From the NCBI RefSeq assembly GCF_030144855.1, contig NC_082721.1:44082001-44146000 (forward strand): a DNA stretch of 64,000 bases. The letters run 5' to 3'. Below are positions 1 through 12,668 of this stretch, one piece after another. The translations under genes and the position numbers were made by a program. Position 1 is the stretch's first letter. Each line of letters begins with the position of its first letter. The notes beneath the pieces were generated by a model. That model was not told the DNA's origin. It was given only the letters and a program-made list of their open reading frames with translations, and did not search any database. The stretch comes from Hypanus sabinus. Its lineage: Eukaryota.

Positions 1-790
1 AAATAGCAGTTGGAATAAAGTGTTAGGAACTGGATGACCCTGCACTTTGGTGGAAGAAATGAAACAGTTGACTATTGCCTAAATGGAGAAAACATACAAA
101 GAAACTGAGGTGCAAAGGGACTTGGGAGACATTGAGTAAGATTCCCTGAAGGTTAATTAGTTGGTTGCATCTTTGGTGAGGAAGGCAAATTAATGTTAGC
201 ATTCATTTCAAAAGGATTACAATCTAACAGCAGGGAGATACATTTGATAATTTATAAAGCACTGGTGAGGCCTCATTTAGCATATTGTGCACAGTTTGGT
301 GCCCCTAATCTTAGAAAGGATGTGTTGAAACTGGAGAAAGTTCAAAGCGGGTTCACAAAAAGGATATTGTGTCATATACAGATCATTTGATGACCCTGGG
401 CCTGCATTCACTGGAATTCAGAAGAATGAGGGGTCACCTTATTGAAATCTATTGAATGGCGAAAGGCCTTGATAGTGTATGTGAGAATCAAAGACCAGAG
501 GACACAGCCTCAGAATAGAAGAGTCTCCTTTTGGCCTGAAGATGAGAAGGAATTTCTTTAGCCAGAGGTTTGTGAATCGTTCGGATTCTTTGCCTCAGGT
601 AGCTGTGGAGAAAAAGTTGTTATGTATATTTAAGACATAGGTTGGCTGAATTTTAATTAGTGAGTCATGAAGGATATGGAGAGAAGGCAGGAGATTGATC
701 TGAGAGCAAAATTGGATCAGGCATGATGAAATGGTGGAGTGGATTTAATGGGTCAAATGGCCTAATTTTTCTTCTATATTTTATGTTCTT
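1..790 (+). mobile_element. CR1 LINE 3' fragment (RT C-terminus and tail)
   Basis: ORF 193-390 IYKALVRPHLAYCAQFGAP..RKDVLKLEKVQ matches the CR1 'LYKALVRPHLEYCVQFWSP' motif; CR1-type tail near 740-790. Confidence 0.85.
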
Positions 791-829
791 ATGGAATTAT
801 GGAAATGAAGTAAAGTGTAGGAAGCATGA

Positions 830-1260
830 AATCAGTGTTGGTGATCCCAGGATTACTTCCTTTGCTTTACTCTATTGGTTTCAAAAATGCAGGATAGAGG
901 AGCTAAATACTTGTCTGAATAAATAGAGCAGGAGGGAGACTGTAGAAACATGGATGATTGAGTGCAGATCACAGAGAGATGCAGTCTGCCCAGGACAGAC
1001 AGAAGAACCAGAGTTGGGTACAGGGTCCTCATGGGAAGTTTCCAGGGGAAGGAAAGGAAGAAAACACAATGTAAGGAAGTGAAAACAAAACCAGTGTACG
1101 AGAGGATAAAAGTTGCACAAAAAATGAATCAGGAGAGCAGAAATGTCATCTTTTCCAAAGGCAGATTTTGAGAAAGTGCAAGAGGCTCCACAATACATGA
1201 ATAGTGTACCTAAACTTTAGAATCTTATCCAACAGAGTTGTTGAGTTATAAGGGGTTATA
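830..1260 (+). mobile_element. CR1 ORF1 (esterase-region) remnant
   Basis: Resembles the ORF1 end of the CR1 copy at about 25570-25900 (GGTGATCCCAGGATT.. / GTAATCCCAAGATT..). Confidence 0.45.
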
Positions 1261-1599
1261 TAGTTCCAAATATTTCAACTTAACTTTTTAAGGGTCTGAA
1301 CTGAGAAAAGTTTTACCAAAAGACCAAAACATTGTTTGAGCAAAACATACAAAATGCAGGAGGTACTCAGCAGGTTATAGGGTTTGAAAGCTTGTTTGCT
1401 TGAATGACCTGGACATCTGTTGGCTGGAAATAGGACTTTGGGCTTTGGCTCTTGCTGGGGCATCCATCGCAAACAGGTCAAAGAGTAGAGGCTATACTAA
1501 AGTAGGCTACCTCTTCTCCAGCATCAGGGGTTCTTCTCAGCACCTAACACCCTGACTATTCAAAAACATTGTTATGGAAAGAACAATAAAGAATTCTTC

Positions 1600-4262
1600 T
1601 TTATGACAGTATTCCTGAGTCACACCCTGTGATTTCCATGTCTGGAAGTACTGAAAACTGGGAGAAACCCACTGGCATGATGAAGGAAACACTGAACACC
1701 ACAAAGACCACCATTACTTTTTGGAATGTACAAGGCATGTACAATACTGACAAGCTGGAACAAATATCTGCAGAAGTGCATTGTTACAATCTACATATTG
1801 TGGGTGTCAGATGGACAGGGTCTGGCAGACTCATGGGCACAACTGGTGAAACTGTTTTATGCTCAGGAAGTGAATACATTCAGCAACATGTTTGTATAGC
1901 TGTCATTTTGAAGAAAGGCATTGGGAAGTGCTTGCAGGAGTGAAAACCAATCAATGGTAGGCTGATTAGAGTCAGGCCGAAGGAGAAGCATGTGAATGTA
2001 ACTGTGATCCAATGCTATGCTCCAACTAACGATAGTGACATTGAATAAAAGGATGTTTTCTACAAACAGCCACAATTAGAGGTAGAGTCATCATCACGGG
2101 GAATCTAAAAACAAACGGTAGAAATACACCTCACACTTCATTTGGGCCATGGGCAAGTATGGATATGGAACAATGAATAACAATAGTGAAAGACTGGTGG
2201 AACAGTGTACCATAAGGAATCTGGACAAAGGAAAGACCTTCTTTCCACACCATGAAATCCACAAACTAACAAGGTGCTCATCTATTAGACATGACAGGAA
2301 CCTGATTGACCATTTGATAATCAGTGGTATGTGGAGACAATCCTTGTTGGATCTAAAGGTGAAGAGAGGAGTAGATACAGGAAGTGATTGCCACTTTGTT
2401 GTAGCAGTGATGAAAGTCAAACTGAGAAGCATTAGGACAAGAACTCATATATGTTATGGTGATTAATGTGAGATCTGCCTTCACCATTCAGTTTATAAAC
2501 AAATTCCAGGCCTTACAAGACCTTTCCAAGGATGTGTCAATAGATAACATCGAAACAATATGGAACTGGATTGTCCCAGTCTTTAAGGAGTGCAGCAAGG
2601 CTTTTCTAGGGTACAGAGATGGAAAGAAGAACAAAGAATTAATACAATTGTAAACATGGACAGCCTGAGAAGAAAAATGGAAAATAAAGTGAATGTTAGA
2701 TTTAAAGAAATGCTGATTTAGCTGAAACTTCAACTAGCAGACACAGAATCTAATAAGAAAGCTAAGAGTCTTGTAAGAAAGAATAAGAGATTCCCCCTGA
2801 AAGACCCTGCAGAGGAAGCCAAAGCAGCAGCTAATCGATGCGATCAGGGAAATATATACAAGATTTAATCATTGGTAGTTTGCAGGTCAGATCCAGTGGT
2901 CCCAGGAGAGAGAAGAACAGTCTGCTTTTCACAACTGAGAAAGAGCAAGAAGCAGAGAATTTCAGAGAATTACTGCATAGATCAGCTCTAAATGAGGAAC
3001 CTGACACAAAAGAGGCAGCAGTGGACCTCGACATCAACACAGATTCACACAAGAAAGAAGAGATTGTTGCTGGAATTAAATCAATAAAGTAAAGCAAAGC
3101 TCCACGACATCACAATTTGAAATCTGAACTGTTTAAACAGAATCAAAAGTTGCATCAGCCATCCTACAACCACTCTTTGCTATAATCTGGACTTGGGGAC
3201 AAGTACCCAGGAAATGCACAAAAGGAGTAATGTTACAATCTCTGAGAAAGGAGCATTAAATAATTGCAACAAGTGACATGGCACCACACATTTGTTGTTG
3301 CCCAGAAAGATGCTCACCAAAATCATTGTCCAATGGATTACACATGCTGTCAATGTGTGTCTGAGGAAGGAGCAAGCTGGCTTCATAAAGAACAGAGGCT
3401 GTGTCAACCAGATCTTCACACTACGTATCATCATAGAGTGGTGGCAGAAACAAATAAATGTGAATTTTGTGACTTTGAAAGGCTGTAATAGCATCTGGAG
3501 GTAGAGACTCTGGCTAATTTTCAGATCATACAAGATCCCTTCCAAATTTATCCAGTTTACCAGAATTTCTATGCTAATTTCACCAACACATTTTGGGACA
3601 GCAATTGAGCTTTTAAGGCAAGACAGGCAAAGCTGTGTGATGTTGGAGTTATTGTTTAACCTGGTGATCGACTGGGTTATGAGGCATACAATGAAAGATA
3701 AACAGAGAGGCATCAGGTGGTCCCTGTTCTCTACATTAGAAGACCTTGGTTTTGCAGAAAACCTCACATTATTATCATATACACACCAGAAATTGCAAGA
3801 GAAAACTCAGCACCCTGTGTACTTTTGGTGGACAGTTTAGACTTAGAGCAAGCCAGAGAAAGACTGAGACCATGTCCGTCAATGTAGAGTCTCTTCCTCA
3901 AATCAAGGCATCTGGTGTCTGCATGATCTTCCATATTTTCTGGCCAAGAAAGATCTCCAACCACACCCTTTCCTTCAGTGTCATCGGGAGGGCATGGCCA
4001 GCAACTTCAGGAGGAATTGGACATGTGATGAAATGAGAGGCCAACTCCAACATCAAGACCGAACTTCATTGGATCTCTGAAGGGTGGAGGAATCCAAGAG
4101 ACTATAGACAACATGATGCTACACCATAGAGGCAGAAATGTGGACCGGAAGCACACCTGGGACGCAATACAGAATATGGTCAAGGATACACAGAGACTGA
4201 AGACCTTCTTTGCTGTCCTGAACACCAGCAACATAACAGGCAGTATATAAGGAAGTAAGTTA
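1600..4262 (+). mobile_element. RTE-clade LINE, degenerate near-complete ORF (APE endonuclease + RT)
   Basis: Motifs TFWNVQGM, GETVLCSG, IQCYAPTND, LRKEQAGF..CVNQIFTLRIIIE and decayed (D)FADD 'GFAENLTLL'; ends in a (TAAG)n-like tail; many stops and frameshifts. Confidence 0.85.
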
Positions 4263-4968
4263 ATGAAATCAGTCTTCATTTGCAAGTAAATGATGTGAAT
4301 GTCAGCAACGTGAAATCAGTCATCTTCACATTTATCTCCATTAATCTAATTTAAGTGCAACATTGGCCACCATGACATTTTCCAATTTCCAAACCTCTCT
4401 GTGTGGAAGAGAAAGAAAGAATGCCAGATTATGAACTTCAAGTATACTGTGCCCACCTGGGTGAGCTGCGTGAAGAAATATCACAGAGATCTCAGTATAT
4501 TCTCCCCATCCCAAATGAATTTATTGCCCAGTCCTGAACACTAGCAATTAACAGGAAGGAGGAAGAGAGAATTGATCTCACTATAAAATTTTGAGCTCAA
4601 GCTGAGGTTCATAACAAGAGTTTTGACTGCAGAACGAAATCACTGAATGTGATCCTGCATTGTCGCAAAAGGTCAAGATGTTCTTTATTACCATTACAAC
4701 ATTATATCAAGTGACGTGCAGTTTCAGTGCAGTCGCCCGATGTCTTTTAAAGCAATGAAATAGACCACAAGTTACTGAACATGGGGTTCTGAGTCAGCTT
4801 CTGAGTGACATTGAGCCTGATGTTGAGAAACTGATACTCACTGCTCTGCCCATCCACCCCAATGAAAGGTGAAAAAGCTCTGAAGTACTGAATAGTTGCA
4901 CTGTTGATGTCTCTCTGAACTTATTAATGAAAATGGCTTTCAATCTAATTACTGAAAATAAAAAAATA

Positions 4969-5793
4969 CAGTGGGTCCCAGTTAATTGGGATGCATCAGG
5001 AACAGTACAAAGAGGCCCAATTAAACAGTTACCCCAATTTGTGGATGTTTCATGGAAACAGTTAAAAAGGTTTAAAAATTCAAATATCGTTGATCTGTAT
5101 AGTAGGTAATGTATTTAAATGAAATGCAGAACAAATCTGAAGACAACCAAACTACTTTAGCTGTATTAAATTTTTTATTAGTTTCTGATAGTTATTGATG
5201 GAGGAAATAATCCAGTGTAGGTTGCCATGTTCTTTTGATTGACTATAAATTAAAAAAAATCAGCACAGACACCAATACAGATAGTGGACTGCCTTCATAC
5301 AATGCTTTAATGATTGCATCCTCCAAATTTTCATTTTCATTGTAACGTTCAAGATATCTTTTGATACCTTCACATTATTTGTAGGCCCTAAGTTGTTGAA
5401 GTAGTGACATTGTTTCTTTGTCAGTCCTCGCTGTAGTTGGCACCTCCAAGCCAAGTAAGCAAAGCAGCAATGGATTGCATTCCTGCTTACTACTCACCAG
5501 CTATTAGTGACAGAAATCACTATATTTTGAACATAAACACAGGCAAGTGTTAAAAAGTGTTTAAAACTACTTAAAAACTGTTCGCTCTCAGCAGAATTTA
5601 GTGCTTAATTCCCACAAGACTGATGCTAGCTAAAACTGGTTCAACACAGTGTCCTGTCCCAATTAACTCTGAAGTGTCCTAACTAAACAAAGGGCATCTG
5701 GTCTATTTTTTCATTTGGTTTATGTTCTTTAAAAATAATCCCAAATACGCAGGTGCCCTAATTAACCGATGGGCTATTTAACTGGAATCCACA
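4969..5793. mobile_element. Tigger/pogo-like DNA transposon relic (non-autonomous)
   Basis: TA-CAGTGGGTCCCAGTTAA at the left end and TTAACTGGAATCCACA-TA at the right end form imperfect TIRs with TA flanks; subterminal CCCAATTAA motifs at both ends. Confidence 0.55.
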
Positions 5794-5989
5794 TAGCTTT
5801 AAATAGTTTTTTTTAAACCTGTATAAGGGGGACTTCAAGTCTTAACCAATAGAGATGTACATAATTATTAGTGTGATAGATGGAGGAATACCAAGAGTAT
5901 TTTTCCAACTGCATGAGTGCCTACAATCAGAAGACATTAGAATAAGATAAGAGGTAAGACACTTAGAAAGAATCTGAGCAAGGATTAGA

Positions 5990-6715
5990 TTCACACAGAG
6001 AGTGAAATTTCACACAGCAAAATTGCATGGGCTGATAAATGACAAGTAATATTCACATCACGGAACTGTTGGATTCGGATCATGTCCAACAAATGTGTGT
6101 CTGACGTCCTACCCTCAGCATTTATTGCCATCAGCATCTCTGAGCCAACTACACCCAATGTCTTGGGGATCACTGTTGATTATCAATTCAAAAGGATCAG
6201 CTATATGAATATTGCTGTTATAAGAGCAAATCAAAGACTGATTCACCTGCTTTAACAAAGACTTTTCACCATTTCTGAGGTCTAAGAGAAGAGCAGGATG
6301 CAATATTCTCCTCTTGATGATGAGTATAGCTCCAACAACATTCCAAAATCTCAACACTGTACAAGATAAGGGAGACCAATTGATTGGCACTCTACTTGTC
6401 ACCAGAAACATTTATTCCCTCCTCCACTGGCCTACAATGGATGCACTGTGACCCATTTACAAAAAGTCCTGTTGTTACTTACCCAGATTACTCCAACACA
6501 ATTTGCCAAATTTGTGAGCTCTACTACCAAGGTAACAAGAGCAGAATGTGTCTGCACATGCAGGTTCACTTCCAAGTTACTTACCATCCTGAGATGAAAA
6601 TATACTGATGGACCTTCATTGTCACTGGTCTCCCCATCCAACACCACCATGGGAGTACCTTCAGTAGAGGCACAACAGCAGTTCAAGAAGGCAACTTATC
6701 ACCACTTTCTCAATG
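5990..6715 (-). mobile_element. Old LINE (CR1/L2-like) 3' remnant
   Basis: Decayed RT C-terminal-like sequence on the minus strand; a similar tract lies on the plus strand at about 11440-11640. Confidence 0.35.
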
Positions 6716-8072
6716 ACAGTTCAGGCAATGAAGGGCTGATGGAGAAATGAATGTATCACTAAAATGTGTGGAGCTCTGGATGTATGGATGTATAGGCAAG
6801 GCTGCTAATATTTAATAGTAGAAATTAAAATAACAGAATTACAAACAGATTAGAAAGGGAGAGGTTGTTTGCATCAGAATAGATTCAAGAACTAGGGATT
6901 ATGAAATGACGGGGAATGGCAAAAGTGACATGAAGATAATCTTCCTCACACTGTGAGTGATAAGAGAATGCACTGCCAGGGGTGGCAGAAAGGTTCACTT
7001 GGAATGCTTAGAGGGGAACAAGATAATTGTCTATATTGGGAGGGTTATGGAATGAGGGCCGAGGGATTGGGTTTGCTGGAGTATTCTTACATCAAGCTGG
7101 TCTGAGGTCAACAGTCCAAATGGCTTCATTTCCTCAGGTACTGATTCTGTGACACTGAATTGTTTAGGTACCTCTAATGTCAACATCTGATCCTGAGGAT
7201 GTACTCAAACCTGGCAACTCCCTTCCAAGTAAAATCCTCCTTGATTTGAAGTAGTTAATAAGGTATATATTTGTCTAATATTTCCCAGAATCTTCATTTG
7301 ATTTAGTTCTGTAGTCACTGAGATTAAATAGGAGCTCCCAATTTCAGTGAAGCACTCCCTTTGTTACACTACAGTGGGATCAACACCCTTATCCTGTGGC
7401 TATGTCATTGTATTGAATTCTTTCAAACCTGAGTAGAACAACACACATGAGAAGTTCCTTTAGTGACACCTTTTCACCAGTGGAACAGCTGAAAAATACC
7501 CTTCACATCAGAGTGCTGTATACAAAATATTTAAAACAGAAACATAATGCAAAAATACCAGTGAACGTTTCAACTATAGGTGAGCAAAATTATTGTGTGT
7601 TTATTTCCAGTATTTCAGCTGTGAATTAAGCTACTCCCAGTCCTTGGAATGCCATTATCAGTGGTACTGATACATTGATGCTATTGACTATCACATTCAA
7701 ACTTATCTGTCAACAGTAGAATATTAATATGGTCATATTCTATTCATAGACAAAATTTATCATGAGATTATCGACTACTTCAAATAAAATAAGGACATTG
7801 GGGGAGGGGGGGTCAGCTGCACTCATTATAGTACAGAAAAATATTTTTAAGGCATGGCTGCAGAGGGTTGGTCCTGTACCTGTGGTGGTTCAGTCCAAAG
7901 ACCGTAGTCTGGTCCGCGGACTCTGGACTCTGGGTTTTCCGGCGGTCCCTTGCTGCAGTTGGACTTAACTAGAAGCTCCTGAGGCTCATATTGGAACTGG
8001 GAATATCACTGACCCTGGTATTGAATGTGGTTGTGGTTGTGAAGATTTTCATGGCACAGATGACTGGTGAAA

Positions 8073-8168
8073 GGCTAGAATGGACTCTTGCTATCTTTGG
8101 GGCTGTGTTGGAAGAACCCTGGCTAGAATGGACTCTTGCTATCTTTGGGGCTGTGTTGGAAGAACCCT
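8073..8168. repeat. Perfect 48-bp tandem duplication
   Basis: GGCTAGAATGGACTCTTGCTATCTTTGGGGCTGTGTTGGAAGAACCCT occurs at 8073-8120 and 8121-8168. Confidence 0.95.
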
Positions 8169-8530
8169 GGCTTCTGATAGCTGGTAGTAGTTGGAGTGGT
8201 CATTGCCTTAAGGATTCAGCTGTTTTCTGGGCCAGCTGGGTGGTTGACAGCCATTCTGAGCTAGGTAGGGATCTGGTTGTTTCTGTAGCCAGCCAATGCT
8301 GCTGGCTGTAATGGCTACTTGGAGCTACAATGATGCAGATGTGGAACTATCTGTTGTTCCTTGGTGTTTGTCTCTTCCTGTCCTCACCTCTGTGGGGTAA
8401 GTCAGGCTGTTCTGCCATTATCCAATGGATGGTCCTGCCCTACCCTAGTGTGGAGTTATAGATAAGTCCTGGCTTGTTTGTGGATAAGTCCTGGCTCTAT
8501 GTTGATGTACAATTCCTAGTTTTCCCCTAG

Positions 8531-9612
8531 CTCCAGCCTCAAGCCTCAAGATCCAAACCTGCAGCCTCCAGCCTCAGGACCCAAGCCTGCAGCCTCCAGC
8601 CTCAAGGCCCAAACCTCCAGCCTGCAGCATCAAGACCCGACTCAAGACCCAAGCCTGCAGCCTGCAGCCTCAAGACCGAAGCCTGCAGCCTGAAGACCCA
8701 AGCCTGCTGCTTACAGCCTCAAGACCCAAGCCTCAAGACCCAAGCCTGCAGCCTGCAGCATCAAGACCCAAGCAGGCTGCTTACAGCCTCAAGACCCAAG
8801 CCTGCAGCCTGCAGCCTCAAGACCCAAGCCTGCAGCCTGCAGCATCAAGACCCGACTCTAGACCCAAGCCTGCAGCCTGCAGCTCCAAGCCTGCAGCCTC
8901 CAACCTACAGCCTCAAGACCCAAGCCTGCAGCCTGCAGCCTCAAGACCCAAGCCTCCAGCCTGCAGCCTCATGACCCAAGCCTGCAGCCTCAAGACCCAA
9001 GCCTCCAGCCTGCAGCCTCAAGACCCAAGCCTGCTGCCTCCAGCCTCCAGCCTCAACACCCAATCCTTCAGCCTGAAGCCTCAAGACCCAAGCCTGCTGC
9101 CTGCAGCATCCAGCCACAAGCCTCCAGCCTGCAGCCCCCAGACCCAACCCTCATCCTCGACCCTAGCCTCCAGCCTCAAGACCCAAGCCTCCAGCCTGAA
9201 GCCTGAACATCCAAGCCTGCTGCTTGCAGCCTCAAGACCCCAGCCTGCAGCCTCAAGATCCAAGCCTGCAGCCCCAAGCCTGCAGCCCCAAGCCTTCAGC
9301 CTGCAGCCTCAAGACCCAAGACTCAAGACCCAAGCCTCGACCCAAGCCTGCAGCCTGCAGCCTCAGGACCCAAGCCTCCAGCCTGCAGCCTCAAGACCCA
9401 AGCCTGCTGCCTGCAGCCTCAAGACCCAAGCCTGCAGCCCCAAGCCTGCAGCCTCAAGCCTCCAGCCTCCAGCCTCAAGACCCAAGCCTCCAGCCTCAAG
9501 ACCTAAGACCCAAGATTCCAGCCTCCAGCCTCCAGCCTCAAGACCCAAGCCTGCAGCCTGCAGCCTCAAGGCACATGTCTCCAGCCTGCAGCCTCCAGCC
9601 TCAAGCCTCAAA
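8531..9612. repeat. Degenerate heptamer-module minisatellite (CCTGCAG / CCTCAAG / ACCCAAG / CCTCCAG / CCTGCTG)
   Basis: About 1.1 kb of 7-nt variants in varying order; C/A-rich on plus, G/T-rich on minus. Confidence 0.95.
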
Positions 9613-10574
9613 ACCCCCTAGTCCCTTGCCAAGCCTGGTCACGTCCTCGCCTGGGCTTTGGGGTCCGAGCCCGAGGCAAGACCCAGGTTCTGGATCTTTG
9701 TCCAGTCTCGGGCTTGGAGTCCACCCCAGGCTCCTTGTTCCCAATCCCTTGTCCTGGTCCTGGTTCCCCTGCCTAGACTGCATCCCATCCCGTCTCTGGT
9801 TTCCGTCTCCTCCTGTTTCTGGGACTCCAGTATCTGTGTCCTGCAGTTGGGTCCTGATTCAACCAGCTGACTTATGACAGCACCAATCAATTGACTGCAT
9901 ACAAATCAACTTAATCAATTTGGATTAAATTATGAATGGAGAAGAACAAGACATGAATCCAGTGAGAAAGAACGCTATGTGAAATTGGACATTATTGAGC
10001 TGTGTTAAAATAGGATAAGCAAATAATCTAAATTTTCCAATTTTAAAACAAAAATTGAAAAAGGACCTTTTGTCTTGTTCAGGGTGTAAAATTAACAAAC
10101 ATCTGTGGCAACAACAGGAAAACAGATGTTATTTTAATGAGAGGGATGGACCAGAACTGAAACAAGACATTTACACCTGTCTTTCTACTCAAATATCAAA
10201 GTTTCTGTTCCAGCCAATGGTAATTTAAGACACTTGGTCTTAAAGGGACAATATCTCCAATGCTGTCCTTCTGTGGCAGTCAGAAGAACAATTGCGTCAG
10301 TTCCATGTCAATTGGCTGAATCACTTCACAGATTTATAGACTGAAATCCGGGGGAAGGAAACGTTGATTGAGGCTGATTGTTTCAATGGGTATCAATGAA
10401 TCCATCCCCATTGCATTGTCTAAGTTTGTTTGCTTTCCATTGACATAAAAGATGATGTGTTGCTTTAAAGTTTTGCAGAAATTTGGGAAAGTTTGAGCTT
10501 AATCTGAATGAATCAAACAAATGAAAATTGGGGGAAGGCAGGGAGAGAGAGATAAATAGTGGTGTACAGAAGGA

Positions 10575-10670
10575 GGGAATAAGAGGTGGATGCTGCCTGG
10601 TCTGCTGAGATCATTCAACATTTTGTGTGTGTTGCTTTGATTTCCAGCATTTGCAGATATTCTCTTGTTT
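10575..10670 (+). mobile_element. Penelope 3' tail fragment
   Basis: GATGCTGCCTGGTCTGCTGAG...CATTTTGTGTGTGTTGC..TTCCAGCATTTGCAG, the same tail as at 24360, 30620 and 49100. Confidence 0.7.
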
Positions 10671-11722
10671 GTAACTGGACTTCTAATGGGTCCAAGCTTG
10701 GGTGATTGATATGTTCATGGACTAACGTAGAAGGAGATGAGATATACAGCTCTCATTATATGTGCATGTAAGTCAACTCTTTGAGTGATTATACAGAAAG
10801 TTTGATGTTAATAACTCATCCACTTCTACCTTACAGCACAAACTTATCAATCACCCCTGATGAGTTATTAACTTCAAACTTACTGCATAATCACACAAAG
10901 AGTTGAACTGCATGTGAATGCAATGAGAGCTGTATAATTCGTCTCCTTTTACTTTGGGTCACGAACTTGCCAATCACCCCTGCTGTAGACAATTCCTGGA
11001 AGTTCAAGATCCATATGCTACATGATGACTGAACAAAGTGTATAACTGTAGGAGGGGGCTATGTTGCAAACTAAATGTGCTAGGTTTTCTGAAATTTATT
11101 CCTTCTACCTTAGGCCCCAAAATTATTAATACACCCTCATATATACATACTTCCATCATAAATATACTGAGAAATTTTTATGTTTTTTTTTAATTGCCTG
11201 CTATTCATTTTTTAAAAGCTTCCAAATCTTTTCATTTCCCACTAACATTTGCAATCTTATTTGCCCTCTTTTGCTTTTATGCCTGTACTGTGCTGTAATG
11301 TTCTATGTAACAAAAAAAGTACTTTTATGGTATAAACTTAGTAAAGGAATTGAAAGGTGATTCAGTATATGTTCAAAACATATTTAAGTAGGTTTGCTGA
11401 TTCTTTGAAATTAATTTCTGGGATCTGGGTACAGTATCAATTACTCACCCCCTGAGGGAAGGATGGTGAACTGTGGTCTTGCACTGCTATTGTCCTTCTG
11501 GGAAAGGTGCTCCCACAATGTTATCAGGGGGGATTTATCTGAACTTATGTGAAGGATATGAAATAAATTTTCAGCTTGAGGTGGATTGCCAGTTGGAGGG
11601 TAGCCTGCAGGAGGTGGTGTTCCTCTATATCGTCTGCACTTGTCCCAACTTTTTCTACAGATAGCATGATACCATGAACCAAGAGGTACATGGCCTCCAG
11701 GTACAGAACCCCAACTTTAATG

Positions 11723-12645
11723 TGTTATGAGTGATGAATAGACTGATGGACAATGGGGTGGGTTAAATAGTCCCAACCCCCCCCCCCCGAGAACCACGAG
11801 AATATCAGCGACAGATAAGAGAGAGGGGGAAATTGCTGATTAACTGTACTGTGACTCCTTTTTTTTGAAATTATTTACAGTTTCGCTGCAAGTACAATAG
11901 TTTGTTCAATAGCATTCCTCAGTAGACAGCAGGAGTGGCCTAATTTGTTGGACACGGTCATTCAGAATTGATGGATAGCTGAGTCCTCATTGGTAGGGAT
12001 AAAAGACAGGTCTGGAGAGACCCCTTTCAGACATGCCAGAGGACGCTGATCGAGTGTTGGAACCCACAAGAAAAGAGGGGGCTTCTAAGACCGAACCAGG
12101 AGGTCGGTCAGTAAGGCTCTCAGTGAAAAAGCAGGGCCGGTCGGGACTTGTGTGTTTGTCCACTCATGCCAGAGTGATGAGTCCACCACAGAAGAACGGT
12201 CTAGCAGAAAGATCGGAGGGGTCATAACTGAATGACCATCACAACAATGGTGCAACGGATAATGAAAGCACAGGAGGTGTTGGCTGCTGTAGCTGTTCGT
12301 GCGTTCTCTCTCCCTTTCTCCCTCCCTCCCTCTCTCCCTCCATCCATCCCTCTCTCTCCCTCCCTCTCTCCCACAACCATAACTACATCAGCACTCATGA
12401 ACTGAACTTTATACTTTTCTATGACAATTCTTTTAACCCTAGACATCGATAGAGCTTGTTCATTATAGATTACTTTTATTCCTACACTTTCAGGTTTATT
12501 GCTGCTACCTTGTTTTATATGTATATTTGCATTATTGATATGGTTTTGCTTGTTTTTATTAATAAACACCTTTTAAATGTAGTATCAAGAGACTCCAACG
12601 GAAACATCTTACTCCGCTGGTTAGACACCCAGTTATGGGGTAATA
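11723..12645 (+). mobile_element. 5' LTR (family A) of a Gmr1-like Gypsy element
   Basis: TGTTATGAGT...GGGGTAATA; homologous to the solo LTR at 35991-37040; has AATAAA near 12561 and is followed directly by a PBS. Confidence 0.9.
12304..12372. repeat. CT-rich low-complexity/microsatellite tract within LTR A
   Basis: TTCTCTCTCCCTTTCTCCCTCCCTCCC... read directly. Confidence 0.9.
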
Positions 12646-12650
12646 AAAAT

Positions 12651-12668
12651 TGGGGGCTCGTCCGGGAT
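12651..12668 (+). promoter_or_regulatory. Primer-binding site complementary to tRNA-Pro
   Basis: TGGGGGCTCGTCCGGGAT, the 18-nt complement of the vertebrate tRNA-Pro 3' end, 5 nt after LTR A. Confidence 0.95.

Larger units (their letters stand above)
7881..9879 (+). mobile_element. Gypsy-type solo LTR (about 2 kb) with internal repeat expansion
   Basis: Starts TGTGG and ends ATGACA; U5-like TGTGTCCTGCAGTTGGGTCC near the end; flanks GTACC (7876-7880) and GCACC (9880-9884) form a 5-bp TSD with one mismatch. Confidence 0.75.

Noticed and set aside
3180-3767. 195-aa minus-strand ORF and the many other 60-200 aa ORFs in the track
   Set aside because: Antisense or off-frame readings of decayed TE sequence; no recognisable host domain.
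8531-9612. CRISPR-like repeat-spacer interpretation of the arrays in this window
   Set aside because: No unique spacers or cas genes, and the context is eukaryotic; these are tandem repeats.
8941-9890. Long low-complexity ORFs (216 aa, 217 aa and overlapping minus-strand ORFs)
   Set aside because: By-products of the stop-poor heptamer repeat inside a solo LTR; open in several frames on both strands with no domain signature.
10680-11075. Possible Gypsy 3' UTR ending in a PPT-like AGGAGGGGG followed by TGTTGC
   Set aside because: No matching LTR or coding remnant identified; too weak to annotate.
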